NCBI RefSeq assembly: GCF_044704955.1
Contig: NC_091999.1
Location: 23,870,001 to 23,934,000 of the forward strand
DNA length: 64,000 nt
Source of the DNA: Pristiophorus japonicus
Taxonomy: Eukaryota
Direction: 5' to 3'
Of the stretch, positions 12,510 to 24,647 are shown in pieces. The position numbers and the translations under genes are program-made. Position 1 is the first letter of the stretch. The number at the start of each line of letters is the position of its first letter. The notes under the pieces were generated by a model. It was not told the origin of the DNA. It saw only the letters and a program-made list of their open reading frames with translations, and did no database searches.

Positions 12510-13453
12510 TTCATGCACAAGGACCAATGATGGAGCTTTGGAGGCGTGGCCTATGCACTTGGAGCCTGGCTGCTGTGAGAGAAGGAACTCCCTGCTTTAG
12601 CTTCTGTCTGGAAGGCCTGGAGTGAGCCCTGAGACCAGCCCAGGAACAGGAGGTAGGAAGGGGCTTCATTACCATTCATCTCGAGGGAGAGGAGGAGAGC
12701 AGAAGACTGCAACACCTTCATTATTTCAACAAAGAGTTGGAAAGAGGTGGAAAAAAGAACAACAACTTACCAGTGTGGAAGGAGGGAAAGACTTCTTCAG
12801 CCAAAGGTGGGTGTGTTTTGGTGCATTCACCAAAAATACTTTGTTGTATCGGTGGGGGGAGGAAAGTAGACCAATCGAGGGCCAGAACACCGCGGGGGGG
12901 GGGGGGGTGTGTGTGTGGAAGTGTGTGTGGGGGTCTTGCCTACAGCTAGGCCCACACACCACTGAAGCACCCCTCACCCAATTGCCTAGCCTGGGATAGC
13001 TGGAGCTACCAGGCTGAAGAAACTGAATCACCCTAATTAACATCGTTGGGAGTGTGTACCTGTGTGGCTCCAGCTGCCCCAGGTGAAGACATCTTCTCCC
13101 CCCAGCCGAAGATCACCCCAAAGACTGTTTTGTTTGCCATCTGTGGAGTGCACCCACCCATTACTGTGAAGGGAGACCTGCCCTTGCAGCCTCCCTCTTT
13201 CCCACACCCCATCACTCTGTCTCTCTCTCTGTCTCCCCCCTCTCTCTCTGAGAGCCTTTCCTCCCAATTGGGAAAAAAAGACAAGAACAATTAAGACAAC
13301 TGAGCAGAGGGAGCAAGGCCCCTCCCCAATTGCAAACTAGGGGAGAGGAGTGCCTCTTTCAGAGCTCCCGCTGTTAAAAACTTAAACGAGGCCAGTTAAG
13401 ACCATTAAGGCCTGTGACTTTGGGGTGGATGTCGCCCTTAAAGGGACCCCGTG

Positions 13454-15514
13454 ATGGCGACCCCATCCACGCTGGTGGCAGGGCCAGCTAGGAATTATGC
13501 GCAGGCGGCGTCCACATCCACGGCGCCTCCTGCGCCTCCTGTTGCCCTGCCACCATTAAGACTGATAACTAAAAAACACGGGGTCAAGGGCTACACTCAC
13601 CCCACAATGAGCATTGAGGAGTGCGCGCGGGCGATGGCTGGGGTAGTCGGCCCCTGGGCCATTGTCGCAGCCTCCAAGATGTCTGGGAAGGCCGTGTTCT
13701 TCCTGGGGTCGGAGCGACCGGTGTCCCTGGCCCTTGAAAAGGGGCTCACGGTGGGCGGGACTTTCCTGCCAGTGGACCCTCTCGAGGTCACCACGCAGAG
13801 GGTCATCATTTCAAACGTCCCGCCCTTTGTTCCCGCTGAGCTCCTCCTCCCTCACCTACACCAACTGGGGGAGGTAAGGTCGGGGATCAACCTCATACCG
13901 CTCGGCCTCAGGGAGACCAGCCTCTGCCATGTGTTCTCCTTCCGCCGCCAGCTCTTTGTCCGGCTGGCGCGGGAGGAGAAGACGGAGGGCTATTTTAATG
14001 TGGTGCACGAGGGGACTGCCTACCGCGTCTTCTGGACGTCGAACGGCGTGCGGTGCCATGCCTGTAGGGAGGTGGGGCATGTTCGCAAGAACTGCCCCGC
14101 CAACAAGGCTGCCAAACCACCGAGGGCGTCCAAGGCTGGCGCCGCCGCCACCCCTCCCCCTAGTAGCGTCCACTTGCCGGGAGCCATAGGTGCGCGGGCA
14201 TCATCGGGGGCCTTTGTTTTCACGGCCGGAAAGAAGGCGCGGAAGAAGGCGAAACATCCCCTCGGTGCGCCAAACAACTTGTTTACCGCGCTCGGCCAAA
14301 CCCCGTCACCGGCGAGCGCGGGGTGCCCTGAGCCCGTGCCCGAGCCCTTGACTAGTATCACCGAGGGGTTCGGGCGTGGGCAAGACAAGAAAAAGGGGGG
14401 AGTGGAGCGGGAGGCCTCGGCAGACATGGGGGTCTCCCTGCCTCCGCGCACCCCCAGGAAAAAAAGGAGGCGCCGCTCCAATGAGGTGGAGGGAGAACAA
14501 CATCCCTCCGCGGAGGAGTCGGTGCCCGTCGCGTGTCCCGCGTCCCCCACCATCGCCCCCGAACTGCGCTGTAGGCGTGAGGAATCTGTCCCCGGGGAGG
14601 GTGAGGCAGTCGAGGCTGCCCAGCCGCTGCCTCCCGGGGATGATGTGGAAGATCTGCCTGTCGTGGGGGGCGTGGGGCCAGCGGAAGAATCCGTAGCCGC
14701 CGGGTCGAGCGTCCCGGGGACTGAGGCGGGCGAGGCCGAAAAGGCCGAACCTGAGGCCGCCCAACCAATACCCAACTTCCCCCGGGATTTGCTCGACTCG
14801 GCAGAAGCTGACACTGCAGACAACTGTAATATACATCCACACGCTGGGCCGGTGGGAGGCGGCGGGGAGGGGGAAGAACAACAACCCTCACCCCCTACTT
14901 TGGAGCTGGGATACTTGGTGGACCTGGAGAATTTCCTCAACCAGGTCTCTCCGTGTTCCCCGGCTCCTGGGGCGGAGGAGGAACCCCTTCCGCTGTCGCT
15001 TCCCGACCCAGCACCACTTTTAAAAATGCTCAGTGGGTACTCCTCTGCCGACGATCGTGGGGGTGGGATCTGGGCAGAGCCAGGGCCAGATGGAGCGGCC
15101 GGGCCGTTTGCCGTATCTCGTGCGGTCGATGGGCCGGCTGCTGGCGGCGACCTCCCGGAGGGGGACGGAGACTCGGTGGGGGACGCAGGAGAAGATCTAG
15201 AGACCATCGCCAGTGAGGCGGTGGATCTGCTCGCGGCCGCCGCTGAGACCCTCCTCATTCCTGTAAAGGAACTCCGGGACTTTTTGGTCCAGTGCCGGGG
15301 TCGCCGCGACCAAGCACGTCTGGCCCGGGAAAGATGGTCTGAGCCAGTGTTGCTCGTCGCTTCCGTCCGCACCGCAGCTAAAAGCATGGCCGCGGGCGGG
15401 CCCTTATCAAAGGCGCAATGCCTTGAGCTGCGCCGGCTACAAAAAGTTCCTCGCTGGGCTGCTGAAGGAGTGGAGGTCAACAAACGACTCCACTCCCCCC
15501 CCACAATAGGTTAG
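13454..15514 (+). CDS. Tx1-like ORF1 (gag-like, CHACREVGHVRKNC zinc knuckle, long Pro/Glu-rich tail), unit 1
   Basis: Open ~687-aa ORF with RVIISNVPPF and CX2CX4HX4C; frameshift only at the extreme C-terminus. Confidence 0.8.
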   Translation: MATPSTLVAGPARNYAQAASTSTAPPAPPVALPPLRLITKKHGVKGYTHPTMSIEECARAMAGVVGPWAIVAASKMSGKAVFFLGSERPVSLALEKGLTVGGTFLPVDPLEVTTQRVIISNVPPFVPAELLLPHLHQLGEVRSGINLIPLGLRETSLCHVFSFRRQLFVRLAREEKTEGYFNVVHEGTAYRVFWTSNGVRCHACREVGHVRKNCPANKAAKPPRASKAGAAATPPPSSVHLPGAIGARASSGAFVFTAGKKARKKAKHPLGAPNNLFTALGQTPSPASAGCPEPVPEPLTSITEGFGRGQDKKKGGVEREASADMGVSLPPRTPRKKRRRRSNEVEGEQHPSAEESVPVACPASPTIAPELRCRREESVPGEGEAVEAAQPLPPGDDVEDLPVVGGVGPAEESVAAGSSVPGTEAGEAEKAEPEAAQPIPNFPRDLLDSAEADTADNCNIHPHAGPVGGGGEGEEQQPSPPTLELGYLVDLENFLNQVSPCSPAPGAEEEPLPLSLPDPAPLLKMLSGYSSADDRGGGIWAEPGPDGAAGPFAVSRAVDGPAAGGDLPEGDGDSVGDAGEDLETIASEAVDLLAAAAETLLIPVKELRDFLVQCRGRRDQARLARERWSEPVLLVASVRTAAKSMAAGGPLSKAQCLELRRLQKVPRWAAEGVEVNKRLHSPPTIG

Positions 15515-15539
15515 GTAGAGGTTGCACTATGCTCTAGTC

Positions 15540-17545
15540 ATGAAGATAACCATAGCCAGCCTCAACATCAACGGCGGCAGAGGGGCACGCCGTAGATTTG
15601 ACAATTTTTCGCTCCTGCGGGAGGGGAAATATGCGGTGGAGCCTTTCCTGCGCCTCTTGCGGACGAGGTTGACGGGACTGGCTCTGCAAGGGCCGGGCGT
15701 GGAAGTCGTCCTCTCGGCTTACGCCGATGACGTGCTCCTCGCGGTAGAGGATCCCGCTGACCTGCGGAGGATGTGTGAGTGCCAGGAGATTTATTCGACC
15801 GCGTCCTCCGCCAGAATCAATTGGGAGAAATGTTCCGGACTCCTGGTGGGTCAGTGGCGGGTGGACTCCCTGCCGGAGGAGCTCAGGCTTTTTGCCTGGA
15901 GCACGACCCATCTCCTCTATCTGGAAGTCTACCTTAGCCCCGACGAGGAAGTGTGGGTGGCGAACTGGCAGGAGCTGGAGGCCAAGGTCGCCGCTCGCCT
16001 AGGCCGCTGGACAGGACTGCTCCGAGTGCTGTCCTACAGGGGTCGAGCGCTAGTCATAAACCAGCTGGTGGCCGCCATGTTGTGGTACCGGCTGGTCACT
16101 TTGAGCCCTCCCCCTGCGTTTGTCGCCAAGATACAGAAGAAGCTGGTGAACTTCTTCTGGAACAACAGGAAGCACTGGGTCTCTGCCGCGGTCTTGAGTC
16201 TCCCGCTTGGGGAGGGTGGTCAGTCGTTGTTGTGCGTCAGCGCCCAGCTCGCGACTTTCCATCTTCAGACCCTGCAGAGATATCTTTACGTCGAGCCTCC
16301 TCCTAGGTGGCCTGCTCTGGCAATGTATTTATTTCGCCAGCAGCACGGTCTCAACAACAACACGCAGCTCCTGTTTGTGAGTGTGGGGGCGTCAGGACCG
16401 CCCTCCGGGAGCTGCCTGTCTTTTACAAGGAACTCATCAGGGTCTGGAACAAAGTCTCCAGCAAGCCCAGCTCTGCACCGGCTGGAGTGGCGGCCGTCCT
16501 GCAGGAGCCGCTGCTCGGGAATCCGTAACTCCACGGCCGAGGTTTTTTGTGGCGGTCGGATGAGAGGGCTGTGGCTGGTGAGGTGACCAGAGTCAGGGAC
16601 CTGCTCGATGGCGGAGGAGCGGGCTGGATGGCGCCAGACACGCTGGCACGGCGCCTAGATTCTGCCAACGTCCGCAATGCGGCCGATGCCATCGAGTCGC
16701 TAAAAAGAGCTCTGGTCCCCGACTCCGTTTGGTGCATCGAGGAGGCTCAAGCACGTGGGGAGATCCCGTCCGAACTGACCCCCGTCCGGACAGAATTCCT
16801 CATTGGCGCCAAACCCCGGAACCTCCCTCGGGGGCCGGCGCCTCACAACTGGAGCTGCCTCGGGGAAATCCCATCCGTGCCTTTCAGTTCCGCGCGGAGG
16901 GGTTTCCTGTACGGGCTGCTCCTGCACACTCTCAACTTTGCCAACCTCGCCTGCCGTCCGGACACGCCATGGCGTACCATCTTGCCGTCCGGAAGAGGCG
17001 CGGGTCACCGATGGAGGGCACTCTACGCAGGCGTCCTCCCAGTATTTATCGGGGACTTGGCCTGGAGGGTGGTGCACGGAGCAGTCCCGTGCAATAAATT
17101 ATTAAGCCGGTTCACGGGCTCCCAGGCCGCCTTCAATTTCTGCGGTCTAAAAGAGTCCGTGTTCCATGTTTTTATTGAGTGCACGAGGTTGCAGTCCCTG
17201 TTTTGTTATTTAAAGGGGCTGCTCCTGAAATTCTGGCTGCACTTCAGTCCCACACTCCTGATCTTCGGGCACCCTGTGCGGAGGGGAGCGGGTTGGTCCG
17301 AGGGCCTCCTCGTTGGACGGCTCCTGGGCACGGCCAAGGGAGCCATCAGCCGGTCCAGGCAGCGGGCGGTCGTGGGGGTCGTTCAGCCAGACTGCCTGCC
17401 TCTCTTCCGCTCTTACATCCAGTCCAAGCTGTCCTTGGAGATGGAGCACGCGGTGTCCACCGGTACGCTCGCGGCCTTCCACGAGAGGTGGGCACCGGAG
17501 GGACTGGAGTGCATCATCACGCCCGGCAACCAAGTTTTAATTTGA
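15540..17545 (+). pseudogene. Tx1-like ORF2 unit 1, lacking most of the APE endonuclease and the N-terminal half of RT
   Basis: MKITIASLNING..GKYAV fused to EPFLRLL..AYADD; downstream frameshift and stop; C-terminal FCG..ESVFHVFIEC. Confidence 0.88.
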
Positions 17546-18643
17546 CTTTAGGTGTTTAATTGCCGGTGCTTTTCGTGTCCCCCTCCCCTTTTGTAGGGGG
17601 CACTTGGATAAAAATTCAATTCTGTGCCCAAAAAAAAAAGGACATTGTAAATGTTGGCGTTTCCCCCAGATCGGGGGCACGGTTTAATGTTTTTTGTTTA
17701 CTCCTAAAGGAGTTTATGCACAAGGAACAATGGTGGCGCTTTGGAGGCGTGGCCTATTCACTTGGAGCTGTGCTGCTGAGAGAGAAGGAACTCCCTGCTT
17801 TGCTCCTGTCTGGGAGGCCTTGAGTGAGCCCTGAGACCAGCCCAGGAATAGGAGGAGGAAGGAAGGGGCTATATTACCATTCTTCCAGAGGGATAGGAGG
17901 AGAGCAGAAGACTGCAACAACTTGATTAATTCTACAAAGATTTGGAGAAAGGGGGAAAAAACAACTGTGTGGAAGGAGGGAAAGACTTCTTCAACCAGAT
18001 GTGGGTGTGTTTTGGTGCATTCCCCAATAGACTTTGTTGTATCGGTGGGGGGAGGAAAGAAGACCTATCGAGGGCCGGAACATCGCGGAGGGTGTGTGTG
18101 TGTGTGTGGAAGTGTGTGTGGGGGTCTTGCCTACAGCTAGGCCCACACTCCACTGAAGCACCCCTCCCCCATTTCCTAGCCTGGGATAGCTGGAGCTACC
18201 AGGCTGAAGAAAGTCAATCACCCTAATTAACATGGTTGGGAGTGTGTAACTGTGTGGCTCCAGCTGCCCCAGGTGAAGACATCTTCTCCACCCACCCGAA
18301 GACCACCCCAAAGACTCTTTTGTTTGACATCTGGGAGTGCACCCACCCACTGCTGTGAGGGGAGACCTGCGCTCGCAGCTTCCCTCTTTCCCATCCCCCC
18401 TCTTCCTCTATCTATCTCGCTCTGTCTCTCCCCTCTCTCTCTGAGAGCCCTTTCCTCCTAATTAAAAAAAAACAAACAATTAAGACAACTGAGCAGAGGG
18501 AGCAAGGCCCCTCCCCAATTGTCAACTAGGGGAGAGGTGTGCCTCTTTCAGAGCTCCCTCTCTTCAAATATTTAAACGAGGCCATTTAAGACCATTAAGG
18601 CCTGTGACTTTGGGGTGAGTGTAGCCGTTAAAGGGACCCCGTG

Positions 18644-20739
18644 AAGGCGACCGCATCCACGCCGGTGGCAGGGCCAGCTAGGCCATATGCGCAGGTGGCA
18701 AGCGCTTCCACGGCACCTCCTGCGTCTCCTGCTGCCTGCCACCATTCAGACTGATAACTAAAAAACACGGGGTCAAGAGCTACACTCACCCCACAATGAG
18801 CATCGAGCAGTGCGTGCGTGCGATGGCTGGGGTAGTCGGCACCTCGACCATTGTCGCAGCCTCCAAGATGTCTGGGAAGGCCGTGTTCTTCCTGGGGTCG
18901 GAGCGGGCGGTGTCCCTGGCCGTCGAAAAGGGGCTCACGGTGGGCAGGACGTTTCTGCCGGTAGACCCTCTCGAGGCCACCGCGCAGAGGGTCATTCTAT
19001 CGAACGTCCCGCCCTTTGTTCCCGCTGAGCTCCTCCTCCCTCACCTACACCAACTGGGGGAGGTAAGGTCGGGGATCAACCCCATACCGCTCGGCCTCAG
19101 GGAGAACAGCCTGCGCCATGTGATCTCCTTCCGCCGCCAGCTCTTTGTCCGGCTGCCGCGGGAGGAGACAACAGAGGGCAATTTTAATGTGGTGCATGAG
19201 GGGACTGCCTACCGCGTCTTCTGGACGTCGGACGGCGTGCGTTGCCATGCCTGTAGGGAGGTGGGACACGTTCGCAAGAACTGCCCCGCCTCCAAAGCCG
19301 CCAAACCACCGAAGGCGGCCAAGGCTGGCGCCGCCACCACCCCTCCCCCTAGTTGCGTTCGCGTGCCGGAAGCCGTCGGTGCGCGGGCATCGTCGGGGGC
19401 CTTCGTTTTCACGGCATCCGGCGGGGAGGAGGGAGAGCGTCCGGCCGGAAGGAAGGCGCGGAAGAAGACGAAACATCTCGAGGCGGGTCCCTTCGGTGCG
19501 CCAGACAATCTGTTTATCACGCTCAGCCCAACCCCGTCACCGGCGAGCGCGGGGTGCCCTGAGCCCGTGCCCGAGCCCTCGATCAATACCGCAGAGGTGT
19601 TCGAGCGCGGGCATGATAAGGAAAAGGGGGGAGTGGAGCAGGAGGCCTCGGCAGACATGGGGGTCTCCTTGCCTCCGCTCACTCCCAGGAACAAAAGGAG
19701 GCGCCGCTCCAATGAGGCGGAGGGGGAACAACATCCCTCCGTGGAGAAGTCGGTGCCCGCCGCGTGTCCCGCGTCCCCCACCAGCGCCCCCAAGCTGCGC
19801 TGTAGGCGAGAGGAGTCTGTCCCCGGGGAGGGTGAGACATTCGAGGCTGCCCAGCCGCTGCCTCCCGGGGATGGCGTGAAAGATCTGCCTGTCGTGGGGG
19901 GCGTGGGGCCAGCGGAAGAATGTGTAGCCGCTGGATCGAGCGTCTCGGGGACTGAGGCGGGCGGGGCCGAAAAGGCCAAACCAGAGCCCGCTCAGCCAAT
20001 ACCCAACTTCCCCCGGGATTTGCTCGACTCGGCAGAAACTGACACTGCAGACAACTGTAATATACATCCACACGCTGGGCCGGGGTTGGCGGTGGGGAGG
20101 GGGAAGAACAACAAAGCTCGCCCCCTACTTTGGAGCTGAGGGACTTGATGGACCTGGAGAATTTCCTAAACCAGGTCTCTCCATGTTCCCCGGATCCTGG
20201 GGCGGAGGAGGAACCCCTTCCGCTGAAGCTTCCCGACCCAGCACCAATTTTAGAAGAGCCCAGTGGGGACACCTCTGCTGACGATTCTGGGGGTGGGATC
20301 GGAACAGAGCCAGGGCCAGATGGAGCGGCCGGGCCGTTTGCCGTATCTCGTGCGGTCGACGGGCCGGCTGCTAGCGGCAACCTCCCGGAGGGGGACGGGG
20401 ACTCGGTGGGGGCCGCGGGTGAAGATCTCGAGTGCATCGCCTGTGAGGAGGTGGTTCTGCTCGCGGCCGCCGCTGAGACCCTCCTCATTCCTGCAAAAGA
20501 ACTCTGGGACTTTTTGGTCCAGTGCCGGGGTCGCCGCGACCAAACCTGACTGGCCCTGGAAAGATGGTCTGAGCCGGTGTTGCTCATCGCTTCCGTCCAC
20601 GCCGCCACTAAAACCATGGCCGCGGGTGGGCCCTTATCAAAGGCTCAAGGCTTTGAGATGAGCCGGCTCCAAAAGTTCCTCGCTGGGCTGCTGAAGGAGT
20701 GGAGGTCAACAAACGACTCCACTCCCCCTCCCACAATAG
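18644..20739 (+). pseudogene. Tx1-like ORF1 unit 2 (frameshifted)
   Basis: ORF pieces 18796-20139 and 20130-20549 are homologous to unit 1 ORF1. Confidence 0.85.
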
Positions 20740-20769
20740 GTTAGGTAGAGGTTGCACTATGCTCTAGTC

Positions 20770-23700
20770 ATGAAGATAACCATAGCCAGCCTCAACATCA
20801 ACGGCGGCAGAGAGGCACGCCGTAGATTTGACAATTTTTCGCTCATGCGGGAGGGGAAATATGCGGTGTGCTTCCTGCAAGAAACCTACACCGTTCCGGG
20901 AGATGAAGCCACGTGGCTCCTGGAATGGCAAGGAGAGGTCCGCATGAGGCACATCACTACCACTTCTAGTGGGGTGGCCATCTTGTTGGCCCCGCATTTT
21001 CAGCCGGAGATCTTGGGGGTCGAGGATCTCGTTCCAGGCCGCTTGCTGCACGTAAAGGTTCGCCTGGGGGACGTGCCACTCCATCTCGTGAAAGTGTACG
21101 CCCGTCAGCCCGGCCCGCAGCAAGTGCGCTTCTTCGAAGAAGTGTTCGCTCTTCTTGGCTCCGTCGACGTCGGCGACTGCATTATCCTCGGGGGGGGGGG
21201 ATTTTAACTGCACCCTCGAGGCGATGGACCGCTCCAGTGCCCCGCAGAGCATGACGGTGATGGAGAAGTTGAGGGACCTGGTCGGGTCCTTCGACTTGGT
21301 GGACGTCTGGCGAAATCTCCATCCCGACTCCAGCGCCTTTACTTGGGTGAGGCCTGGAGTAGGATGGTCCACAGTCGACCGCGTTTACGTGTCTCGGGCA
21401 GACGTTTCCTGCGTCCTGGCGGCCTCCATGCGGCCGGTGCCATGTTCGGACCACCACCTGGTCTGGGCGGAGCTCGCTTCGCTCCGCACGAGAACGGGGT
21501 CCCCATAGTGGTATTTTATCAACCAGCTGCTGGAGGACGTTTCTGGGCCGACAGGAGAAGGAAGCAGGGTGGCTTCCCCTCCTTGAGGCTATGGTGGGAC
21601 GTGGGCAAGGCTCACGTCCGCGTCTTCTGTCAAGAATACGCGAGCGGCTCGACCAAGAGGCGGGCGGCCAGGGTCGGGCGCCTGGAAAAAGAGGTGCTCG
21701 AACTGGAGCCCGTCTCGGTCAAGTCGTCCAGGACCCGGCCCTGCGGATGGTGTACGAAGCGAAGACGGCCGCGCTGAAGGATCTGCAGCTCGTCGGGTCC
21801 CGAGGCGCGTTCGTGAGGTCGCGGATCCGGTTCCTGCGGGATCTGGACCGTGACTCCGCCTTTCTTCTACTCGCTGGAAAAAAGAGAGGGTGTCCGTAAG
21901 CAGCGCTTGACGCTGCTGGCCGACGACGGCTCTCTATCTCGGATCCGGAGGGCGTCAACAACATGGCCCGTGAATATTACGGGGCTCTGTTCTCTCCGGA
22001 TCCGTCCAGCGAGGAAGTGCATAGAGTTTTGTGGGAGGACCTGCCGAAGGTCAGCCCGGAGGGCGCCGAAAATCTGGAAGCTCCGCTAAGCCTGGCGGAG
22101 CTGACCGGTGCCCTCGACCGGCTCTCGAGGGGAATATCCCCGGGGCTGGACGGGCAGACCGTGGAGTTCCACAGGGCGTTCTGGGACGTCCTGGGGAGCG
22201 ACTACGCGCGGGTCCTGGGGGAAAGTCTGGCGACCGGGGAGATGCCCCTCTCTTGGCGCAGGGCAGTCATCGTCCTGCTGCCTAAGAAGGGCGATCTCCG
22301 CCTCCTTAAAAACTGGCGCCCGGTCTCCCTCCTCAGCACGGACTACAAAATCTTTGCCAGGGCGATGTCTGCTCGCCTTGGTGCCGTGCTGGACCACATG
22401 ATCCACCCCGACCAGTCCTGCACGGTCCCGGGCCGGACAATCCACGCTAACATCCATCTGGTCCGGGACCTCATCCATCATTTCCAGGAGGCTGGTCTGA
22501 CGGTCGCCTTCCTATCCCTCGACCAAGAGAAGGCGTTCGACAGGGTGGATCACGACTATCTGCTCGGAACTCTGCGCGCTTTCGGCCTCGGGACGCATTT
22601 CGTCGCCCGGATCCGACTTTTGTACGCCGCCGTGGAGTGTGTGATTAAGGTTAACGGGTCCTTGACGGCGCCCCTTCGCTTTAGGAGAGGGGTGATCCAG
22701 GGATGCCCCATGTCTGGCCAGTTATACGCCGTCTGCGTGGAGCCTTTCCTGCGCCTCTTGCGGACGAGGTTGACGGGACTGGCTCTGCAAGGGCCGGGCG
22801 TGGAAGTCGTCCTCTCGGCTTACGCCGATGACGTGCTCCTCGCGGTAGAGGATCCCGCTGACCTGCGGAGGATGCGTGAGTGCCAAGAGATTTACTCGGC
22901 TGCATCCTCCGCCAGAATCAACTGGGAGAAATATTCCTGGTTCCTGGTGGGTCAGTGGCGGGTGGACTCCCTGCCGGAGGAGCTCAGGCCTTTTGCCTGG
23001 AGCACGACCCATCTCCTCTACCGGGGAGACTACCTTCGCCCCGACGAGGGAGCCTGGCCGGCGAACTGGCAGGAGCTGGAGGCCAAGGTCGCCGCTCGCC
23101 TAGGGCGCTGGACAGGACTGCTCCGAGTGCTGCCCTACAGGGGTCGAGCGCTAGTCATAAACCAGCTGGTGGCCGCAATGCTGTGGTACCTGCTGGTCAC
23201 TTTGACCCCTTCCCCTGCGTTTGCCACCAAGATACAGAAGAAGCTGGTGGACTTCTTCTGGAACAACAGGAAGCACTGGGTCTCTGCCGCGGTCTTGAGT
23301 CTCCCGCTTGAGGAGGGCGGTCAGTCGTTGGTGTGCGTCAGCGCCCAGCTTGCGAATTTCCATCTTCAGACCCTGAAGAGATACCTTTACGTCGAGCCCC
23401 CTCCTAGGTGGTGTGCTCTGGCGAGGTATTTCTTCCGTGAGTAGTACAGCCTCAACTACGACACGCAGCTCCTGTTTGTGAGTGTGGGGGGCGTCAGGAC
23501 AGCCCGCCGGGAGCTGCCTGTCTTTTACAAGGAACTCATCAGGGTCTGGAACAAAGTCTCCACCAAGCGCAGCTCTCCGCCGGCTGGAGTGGCGGCCGTC
23601 CTGCAGGAGCCGCTGCTCGGGAATCCGTACCTCCACGGCCGAGGTTTTAGGTGGCGGTCGGACGAGAGGGCTGTGGCTGGTGAGGTGACCAGGGTCAGTG

Positions 23701-24647
23701 ACCTGCTCGATGGCGGAGGAGCGGGCTGGATGGCGCCAGACACGCTGGCGCGGCGCCTAAATTCTGCCAATGTCCGCCACGCGGCCGATGCCATCGAGTC
23801 GCTAAAAACAGCTCTGGGCCCCGACTCCTTTAGGTGCATCGAGGAGGCTCAAGCACGTGGGGAGATCCCGTCCGAACTGAGCCCCGTCCAGACGGAATTC
23901 CTCATCGGCGCCAAACCCCGGAACCTCCCTCGGGGGCCGGCGCCTCACAACTTGAGCCGCCTCGGGGAAATCCCCTCCATGCCTTTCAGTTCCACGCAGA
24001 GGGGTTTCCTGTACGGGCTGCTCCTGCACACTCTCAACTTTGTCATCCTCGCCTGCTGTCCTTACACGCCATGGCGTACCATCTTGCCGTGCGGAGGAGG
24101 CGGGGGTCCTCGATGGAGGGCACTCTACGCAGGGGTCCTCCCACTATTTGTCGGGGACTTGGCCTGGAGGGTGGTGCACGGAGCAGTGCCGTGCAATAAA
24201 TTTTTAAGCCGGTTCACGCGCTCCCAGGCCGCCTGTAATTTCTGCGGTCTGGAAGAGTCCGTGTTCCATGTTTTTATTGAGTGCACGTGGTTGCAGCCCC
24301 TGTTCTGTAATTTAAAGGGGCTGCTCCTGAAATTCTGGCTGCACTTTAGTCCCACACGCCTGATCTTCTGGCACCCTGTGCGGAGGGGAGCGGGTAGGTC
24401 CGAGGGCCTTCTCGTAGGACTGCTCCTGGGCACGGCCAAGGGGGCCATCAGCCGGTCCAGGCAGCAGGCGGTCGAGGGGTTCGTTCAGCCATACTTCCTG
24501 CCTCTCTTCTGCGCATACATCCGGTCCAGGGTGTCCTTGGAGATGGAGCACGCGGTGTCCACCGGTACGCTCGCGGTCTTCCGCGAGAGGTGGTCACCAG
24601 AGGGACTGGAGTGCATCGTCACGCCCTGCAACCAAATTTTAACTTGA
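20770..24647 (+). pseudogene. Tx1-like ORF2 unit 2 (APE endonuclease + RT + zinc finger), disrupted
   Basis: FLQET, GGDFN, SDHH; SPGLDG, KKGD, YADD; CNFCGLEESVFHVFIEC, spread over several frames. Confidence 0.9.

Larger units (their letters stand above)
12526..17713 (+). mobile_element. Tx1-clade non-LTR retrotransposon unit 1 (internally deleted, ~5.2 kb)
   Basis: 5' UTR, ORF1 with CCHC knuckle, ORF2 lacking ~1.9 kb, 3' UTR; bounded by 16-nt CR1 target copies. Confidence 0.9.

Noticed and set aside
12316-13450. Repeated ~1.1-kb blocks as LTRs of the GC-rich element
   Set aside because: They are 3' UTR + target + 5' UTR junctions of head-to-tail non-LTR units. ORF2 is APE-RT with no integrase or PBS, and the last unit lacks the downstream half.
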